From Candidatus Nomurabacteria bacterium RIFCSPHIGHO2_01_FULL_39_10 (lineage in GTDB: Bacteria > Patescibacteriota > Minisyncoccia > Phycocordibacterales > UBA9973), in assembly GCA_001786805.1 (NCBI GenBank), contig MFTJ01000009.1, forward strand, positions 13,263-45,560: a DNA stretch of 32,298 bases, given 5' to 3'. Positions 27,569-32,298 of this stretch are shown here, piece after piece; the stretch's first letter is position 1; each line of letters begins with the position of its first letter. The notes under the pieces were generated by a model. It had not been told where the DNA came from and searched no databases. It was given only the letters and a program-made list of their open reading frames with translations. Made by a program: the position numbers and the translations under genes.

Positions 27569-27612
27569 ATTTAAATACTAGTATAAAAAACATAAAAAAG
27601 CAACCCTAATGC

Positions 27613-27649
27613 ACCTCACCCCGACCCTCTCCTTATTAAGGAGAGGGGG
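27613..27649. repeat. Family A palindrome, intergenic (alr-rpmG)
   Basis: ACCTCACCCCGACCCTCTCCTTA-T-TAAGGAGAGGGGG. Confidence 0.9.
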
Positions 27650-27655
27650 AAATTC

Positions 27656-28813
27656 TTACACAACAACCCTCGGCAATAGCGAACTTATCCGCGTGACAAT
27701 CTCATAGTTGATGGTATTGAGCTTTCTTGCGATTTCTTCGGCAGTAATTTGTTTTCTATGCTGTGTTCCGATAATGACGACTTCGTCTTCAGCCTTGACG
27801 TTTGATAAATGAGACACGTCAGCCGTAAACTTATTCATTGATACCCTGCCGATAATCTTGCATCTAGTTCCTCCAATCAGGACCTGACCCCTATTGGAAA
27901 GTCCGCGGTCTATCCCATCCGCGTATCCCTGCGGAATCACGGCAACCTTCATCCTTTTTTTAGTAACGTATGTGAGCCCATAACCCACAGTAAAACCTTT
28001 TGGTAAAATTTTTACTTGCGCAACTCTTGTTTTCCAAGCCAATACGGGCTTTAGTTTAAATTGAGAATCTTTGTAAATAAATTTTAGATGTTTAGAAGGC
28101 CACAGACCGTATATACCGATGCCGAGACGTACCAGCGGATTAATGCCCTTTTTTTTCATGCCCACTGGCAGGCAATTTTCATAAGCCAAAATTCCCGAAG
28201 TGGCGGAAATGTGCGTTTGTAATTTTTTAAAACCGAGAGCGGCAGCCAGTTTCAGAGCCTTGTTGTATTCCCTGATTTGCTTGCGCGCGTGGATAAAATT
28301 CGAGATGTCTTCCATATTTGCAAAATGGGCGTAAATTCCCGTGGCTTTTATATATCTACACCTTCTGACTTCTTTTAAAAACCCGCCTAAATCACCAAGC
28401 AAAAAACCTTCCCGTCCCAGATAAGCGTCTACTGGTATATGTATCTCTTGTTTTATTTTTAATTCTTTAGATATTGCGTTCACTTCCTTCAACTCTTTGA
28501 TTGAGAAAATAGACAAAATACAGCCGAGTTTTATTGCCTGGGGCAAGTCTGCCAGCTGGACGTATCCCAGAACCAAAGTTTTCTTTTTACTGACTTGTCT
28601 TAAGGACTCCAGTTCTTCCAAGTCATCAACCTGAAAATAATCCATATAAGGTTCAAGAATTTTAGCGACTTCATTCTGTCCATGTCCGTAAGCGTTGCCC
28701 TTTATCGCTACTGAAAATTTCGTGCCGATATTTGCAAGATTTTTAAACTGTTTTGTGTTGTAAATTAAATTCGCCGCTGATAACTCAACGAAGGAAAGAG
28801 GCTTTTTATTCAT
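27656..28813 (-). CDS. alr: Alanine racemase
   Basis: VAIKGNAYGHG (PLP Lys), GREGF, HFA, VRLGIGIYG, VGYG (catalytic Tyr), GYADG, GRVSM, TINYE. Confidence 0.96.
   Translation of the reverse strand: MNKKPLSFVELSAANLIYNTKQFKNLANIGTKFSVAIKGNAYGHGQNEVAKILEPYMDYFQVDDLEELESLRQVSKKKTLVLGYVQLADLPQAIKLGCILSIFSIKELKEVNAISKELKIKQEIHIPVDAYLGREGFLLGDLGGFLKEVRRCRYIKATGIYAHFANMEDISNFIHARKQIREYNKALKLAAALGFKKLQTHISATSGILAYENCLPVGMKKKGINPLVRLGIGIYGLWPSKHLKFIYKDSQFKLKPVLAWKTRVAQVKILPKGFTVGYGLTYVTKKRMKVAVIPQGYADGIDRGLSNRGQVLIGGTRCKIIGRVSMNKFTADVSHLSNVKAEDEVVIIGTQHRKQITAEEIARKLNTINYEIVTRISSLLPRVVV
28159..28174. repeat. Degenerate palindrome in alr (encodes CLPVGM)
   Basis: Minus TGCCTGCCAGTGGGCA pairs only with G-U wobbles; resembles the purL insert. 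Confidence 0.35.
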
Positions 28814-28816
28814 CGT

Positions 28817-31234
28817 TCAGTATCCTTTATTTTTAATCAGCAATTCTAAAAACTTCGTTGGAAATAAAGGGTGTGGTTCCGCTAATGCCTGATGGAAAAT
28901 GACTGTTGAGGGTGTAAGTCCGGGAAGAGTGTTTATTTCAATAACTTTAATGCTGCCGGTTTTGACGTGAGCGAAGATGTCAATTCTGGCGTATCCGCTA
29001 ATTCCAACTTTTTTCGCAACCGTTTCAACTAAACTTTTCACACGTTGAAGATTTTTTTTAGAAATAATTTCGCTCGGAGGCGGAGTAATGTTTACACCCG
29101 TGCCTCCCTGAAATTTCTCTTCCACGCTCAAGATGGTCATTTCTGCAACAGTAATGGAGGGAGAAAGGGCCTTTATGCGTCCATTTTCTTCTACAACACC
29201 AACAGTCATTTCCACATATCCGCTTTTCGGAGTATAGGAAATATTTCCTTCTCTGGCTTTTAATTTATCTGTTTCTATAAATGACTCAAAAATAATGTCC
29301 TGCAGGCGCCCTTCAGGCATATCAATAGCGTTTATCTGGGCTGTAAAAGTGTGGGGCTCGGCTGTGAGAATTCTATTTTTAATCAAAGAAATATAGGTGG
29401 ATAAATCTTTTTTATTAAAAAGTCTCACCACTCCCGCAGAACATCCGTCGCCCCGGGGTTTGGCGATGATTGTTTTTGTGCTGAGTCTTTCCCTTAACAT
29501 TCTCCAATGGGCATCTGTCAGGTCGTTATCTATATTTTGGGGAACATCTTTTATTTTAAACAAAACATGCTGGGCCACGCTCACCCCCTTTATCTTAGCT
29601 TTTGCTATTTCTTCATTAGTTTCCCATTTATCCATACATAATTTAGAAGTGATGCTGCACGACCCGTTGAATTTTATTTTTCTTTCTTCCAATATTTTTT
29701 GCAAAGTTCCGTTTTCGCCTATTCCGCCATGTAAAGCTAAAAAAATAAAAGGGTATTTTTGTAAGATCTGGCTGAAAGAATGTTTTTTGGGGATAAAAAA
29801 ATTTTCGGTTGTGTCATTATTACTCAAACGCAGTTTTATTCTTGTCTTTTCTATTAGGAAAAAAAGCCTTGCTATATCTTTTTGGGCATTCCGGGCGTTT
29901 TCCACTATCTCTTCTACTGTGTGATTAAGAGTATATGTATAGGGAAGCTCCCAAACGACTCCTTTTTTGTCCAGCAAATAAGGAAAAGGCTTGTAAATCT
30001 TTGAGCCCCGCAATTTAAGCCAAACATTTGTGCCGCTCATAAGCGAAACTTGTTTCTCGGCCGTTTGTCCACCAAAAAGCACCGCCACCGGCTTGCGTTT
30101 TAGGTCAATATCTTTACTGATAAAAACATTTTCAACTAAGCTGGATATGCCGCGGTTTCTGCAGGCATTATTGATAATATAGCGAAAAAAATCTTGGTGG
30201 GAAAAACCAATTCTGGAACTTTGTTGAAACAAAAAACTATTTTGCTCCATGCCAGAAATCGGATTAAAATCCGAAAACCAGATATTTCCGTCAGGCAGTA
30301 AAAAACCGTCAAAACGCGCAAAATCCCGCATTCCGAAGATGGAAAACAACTGTTCCGCTTCTATCTGAATTTTTTCAATGATTTGGTTGCTGAATCTGGG
30401 AGGACAGTAATAAGACACTTGGCGGGTGGGTAAATATTTCTTGCGAAAATCGAAAAATTGATTTTTACTGTACTCCACCTCTATCTCTGTAGGCAGTATC
30501 GCAACTGGAATATTTAGCTTGTTTGCGAGCATAATGACAGTAAATTCCTGGCCTTCCATGAAAGGTTCAATCACTATGCGAGTGTCTATGCGCCGGCTGA
30601 AAAGATTTTTCACGCTTTTTACTGCGCCTTCTATGCTGTTTACAGAAAATACGCCAATGCTAGAACCTCCTGAGGCCGGCTTCACGATCGCGCGGGTGAT
30701 AGACTCATTTTTCCAGAATTCTTTTACTTTACGAATAACTTCCTTGTTTGTATCCGTAATTTTGACAACAATGGAATTAGGCGTATAGAACCCCAGCTTG
30801 CGGATATGGACGTTCGCTTTACATTTGTCAAAAGCCATCTTGCATGATTTTGCGGAAGAACCGATAAAAGGAATTTTATTTTTCTCCAGAAAACTTTGTA
30901 TTTCTCCATCCTCGCCGAAACTGCCGTGGATGCAGGGAAAAACTATTGTGACCTTTTTTAAAATAGCCGCCAACTTGGAATTAGAAAGTTCTTTGGCGGA
31001 TTTATTCAATTTAAAATCAAAATCGCTTGGAGTGTTTGAATAAAGCTGCGCAGTTGATATTTTGTAAGGTTTTTTCTTTTCGTTAAAATAAATAGGAATA
31101 ATATCCACGCCCTGACTGCCCAAATGGTCAAGCACACTGCGAGCGGAATTCAAGGATATTCCTCGCTCAAGCGATGGTCCGCCGCAAAGTATCGCCACAC
31201 TAATTTTTTTCTTTAGTTCGTTTTTTTTACGCAT
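28817..31234 (-). CDS. ddl: D-alanine-D-alanine ligase with two tandem Ddl modules (about 805 aa)
   Basis: Module 1: LCGGPSLERGIS, IHGSFGEDGEIQ, VKPASGGSSIGV, ARFD, DFNPISGM. Module 2: LFGGQTAEKQVS, LHGGIGENGTLQ, KPRGDGCSAGV, ARID, EINTLPGLT. Start set at MRKKN (31234). Confidence 0.92.
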   Translation of the reverse strand: MRKKNELKKKISVAILCGGPSLERGISLNSARSVLDHLGSQGVDIIPIYFNEKKKPYKISTAQLYSNTPSDFDFKLNKSAKELSNSKLAAILKKVTIVFPCIHGSFGEDGEIQSFLEKNKIPFIGSSAKSCKMAFDKCKANVHIRKLGFYTPNSIVVKITDTNKEVIRKVKEFWKNESITRAIVKPASGGSSIGVFSVNSIEGAVKSVKNLFSRRIDTRIVIEPFMEGQEFTVIMLANKLNIPVAILPTEIEVEYSKNQFFDFRKKYLPTRQVSYYCPPRFSNQIIEKIQIEAEQLFSIFGMRDFARFDGFLLPDGNIWFSDFNPISGMEQNSFLFQQSSRIGFSHQDFFRYIINNACRNRGISSLVENVFISKDIDLKRKPVAVLFGGQTAEKQVSLMSGTNVWLKLRGSKIYKPFPYLLDKKGVVWELPYTYTLNHTVEEIVENARNAQKDIARLFFLIEKTRIKLRLSNNDTTENFFIPKKHSFSQILQKYPFIFLALHGGIGENGTLQKILEERKIKFNGSCSITSKLCMDKWETNEEIAKAKIKGVSVAQHVLFKIKDVPQNIDNDLTDAHWRMLRERLSTKTIIAKPRGDGCSAGVVRLFNKKDLSTYISLIKNRILTAEPHTFTAQINAIDMPEGRLQDIIFESFIETDKLKAREGNISYTPKSGYVEMTVGVVEENGRIKALSPSITVAEMTILSVEEKFQGGTGVNITPPPSEIISKKNLQRVKSLVETVAKKVGISGYARIDIFAHVKTGSIKVIEINTLPGLTPSTVIFHQALAEPHPLFPTKFLELLIKNKGY

Positions 31235-31301
31235 TTTTACAAAAAATAGTTTTCTAATTACCCTTAATATATAAGAATAGAAAGAAAAAGTCCAAGAAAA
31301 C

Positions 31302-31310
31302 TGTGGATAA
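31302..31310 (-). promoter_or_regulatory. Perfect DnaA box upstream of ddl
   Basis: TTATCCACA on the minus strand in the spacer between the M24 peptidase and ddl. Confidence 0.4.
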
Positions 31311-31331
31311 CTTGGCTCTCTTTGCAAAAAT

Positions 31332-32084
31332 TTATTTAGATTCTAGTACTGCGCTTTTTAGATTTTTTTGAATGTTTGTCAGGTTTTTGTAGCCATTTTG
31401 GGTGATTAAGACCATATCTTCTATACGCACTCCGCCAAAGCCCTTGAAATAAAGCCCGGGTTCTACAGTCATCACACACCCTGCTGGTAGAATATCGGGG
31501 CTTTTTGGCTTGAAATTCGGCCATTCGTGGATAACTGTGCCGACTCCGTGACCGAGTCCGTGCTTGAAATTATTTTTATATTTTTTCGCCAAAAATTTTC
31601 TGGCCGCGTTGTCTATTATTTTTGCTCGCTTTTCCCCTTTGCTAATTTTATTCATAGCCAAATTCATTGCCTGTAAAACACTCTTATATATTTTCTTTTG
31701 CTTTTTACTAGGCTCGCCCCAGAAAAAAGTGCGTGTCATATCCGAACAATAGTGGTTTACCGTGCATCCGAAATCAAACATGATGGTATCCGCCCCGCCA
31801 CGGCGGGTAAATTTTTTCAATCTTGTTTTGCCGGGTTCGTGATGGATGTTCGCGGTATTTTTACCGAAAGCAACGATGGGTGAAAAAGACAAAATAGGCG
31901 CGCCGTATTTTATGAATCTTTTTGTTATAAACTCTGCGATAGCAAATTCTGTAACATTTGTTTTTAGTTGTTTCAGCACATCCTGCAATACCCTCTCGCT
32001 TATTCTTTGCGCCTTGATTATATTCGCGAGTTCTTTCTTGCCCTTCACCGCCCGCACTTCATGGATTAGTTTTATCTGTTGCAT
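31332..32084 (-). CDS. M24 (Xaa-Pro aminopeptidase-type) peptidase, catalytic domain only
   Basis: DFGC...YCSDMTRT, HGLGHGVG..IHE, TVEPGLY, GVRIED metal ligands. Confidence 0.9.
   Translation of the reverse strand: MQQIKLIHEVRAVKGKKELANIIKAQRISERVLQDVLKQLKTNVTEFAIAEFITKRFIKYGAPILSFSPIVAFGKNTANIHHEPGKTRLKKFTRRGGADTIMFDFGCTVNHYCSDMTRTFFWGEPSKKQKKIYKSVLQAMNLAMNKISKGEKRAKIIDNAARKFLAKKYKNNFKHGLGHGVGTVIHEWPNFKPKSPDILPAGCVMTVEPGLYFKGFGGVRIEDMVLITQNGYKNLTNIQKNLKSAVLESK
31794..31807. repeat. Family B palindrome in the M24 peptidase (encodes TRRGG)
   Basis: CCCGCC-AC-GGCGGG within LKKFTRRGGADTIM, where LKKGD-type spacing is expected. Confidence 0.65.
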
Positions 32085-32100
32085 ACGAAAAAGTAGTTAA

Positions 32101-32211
32101 TTAAAACAATTTCACCACATCATGAAATGTAACGACAACCATCAGTAATATCAAAATGCTAAAACCGATCATATTGACGGTATTAGCAAATTTTGGGTTC
32201 AGACGCGAGCC
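32101..32211 (-). CDS. C-terminal fragment of an RseP-like M50 metalloprotease
   Basis: GSRLNPKFANTVNMIGFSILILLMVVVTFHDVVKLF* matches the RseP last-TM pattern (G...L..LM......D); the upstream part is replaced by the fold-back. Confidence 0.65.
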   Translation of the reverse strand, partial: GSRLNPKFANTVNMIGFSILILLMVVVTFHDVVKLF

Positions 32212-32298
32212 TAAAATTTGCTAATACCGTCAATATGATCGGTTTTAGCATTTTGATATTACTGATGGTTGTCGTTACATTTCATGATGTGGTGAAAT
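32109..32298. other. 86-bp perfect inverted duplication ending at the last base (probable fold-back artefact)
   Basis: 32213-32298 is the exact reverse complement of 32109-32194, with an 18-nt spacer. Confidence 0.85.

Noticed and set aside
31235..31327. Track's longer start for ddl
   Set aside because: Non-ATG start running through promoter-like AT-rich DNA and the DnaA box; MRKKN at 31234 fits the domain start.
1021..32100. Many 60-200 aa antisense or alternate-frame ORFs (e.g. 1021-1326, 17330-17689, 26104-26712, 29397-29924)
   Set aside because: They are shadows of well-supported genes with no motifs; the shared peptide in 17330-17689 is explained by the palindrome.
32109..32298. Hairpin telomere or large natural palindrome
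   Set aside because: It cuts a conserved gene, has no mismatches, ends at the window edge, and no protelomerase is present; an artefact is more likely.
1..32298. CRISPR array, integrase, transposase or prophage
   Set aside because: Repeats are dispersed, not regularly spaced, and no cas, recombinase or phage motifs were recognised.

Overview
AT-rich, gene-dense bacterial chromosomal window in the standard genetic code. The gene set and compact layout suggest Patescibacteria/CPR (Parcubacteria-like); this is inference only. Contents, left to right: purL (5' part); a glmS-pta-xfp-GNAT operon divergent from yvcK/glmR-HAD; a DUF2914-like membrane protein; an ArsR regulator; tRNA-Gln; dnaX; dus; an ftsQ-like gene; serS; dprA; topA; a short rel; parB; tRNA-Leu; an XRE-HTH-MurA fusion; miaA; an ALS-like TPP enzyme plus an SSADH-like dehydrogenase; tRNA-Trp; rpmG; alr; a double-domain ddl; an M24 peptidase; and an rseP 3' fragment ending in a fold-back at the window end. 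Main observations: (1) a candidate self-contained UDP-GlcNAc supply module (phosphoketolase+Pta make acetyl-CoA for a GNA1-like acetyltransferase next to GlmS and GlmR); (2) about 15 short GC-rich palindromes from several families, most inserted in-frame in housekeeping genes; (3) a perfect 18-bp palindrome between the -35 and -10 of the HTH-MurA gene, suggesting an autoregulating enzyme; (4) a -10 box exactly 6 nt before the ATG in 12 genes (leaderless architecture). All calls come from reading motifs by eye; no database search was run.
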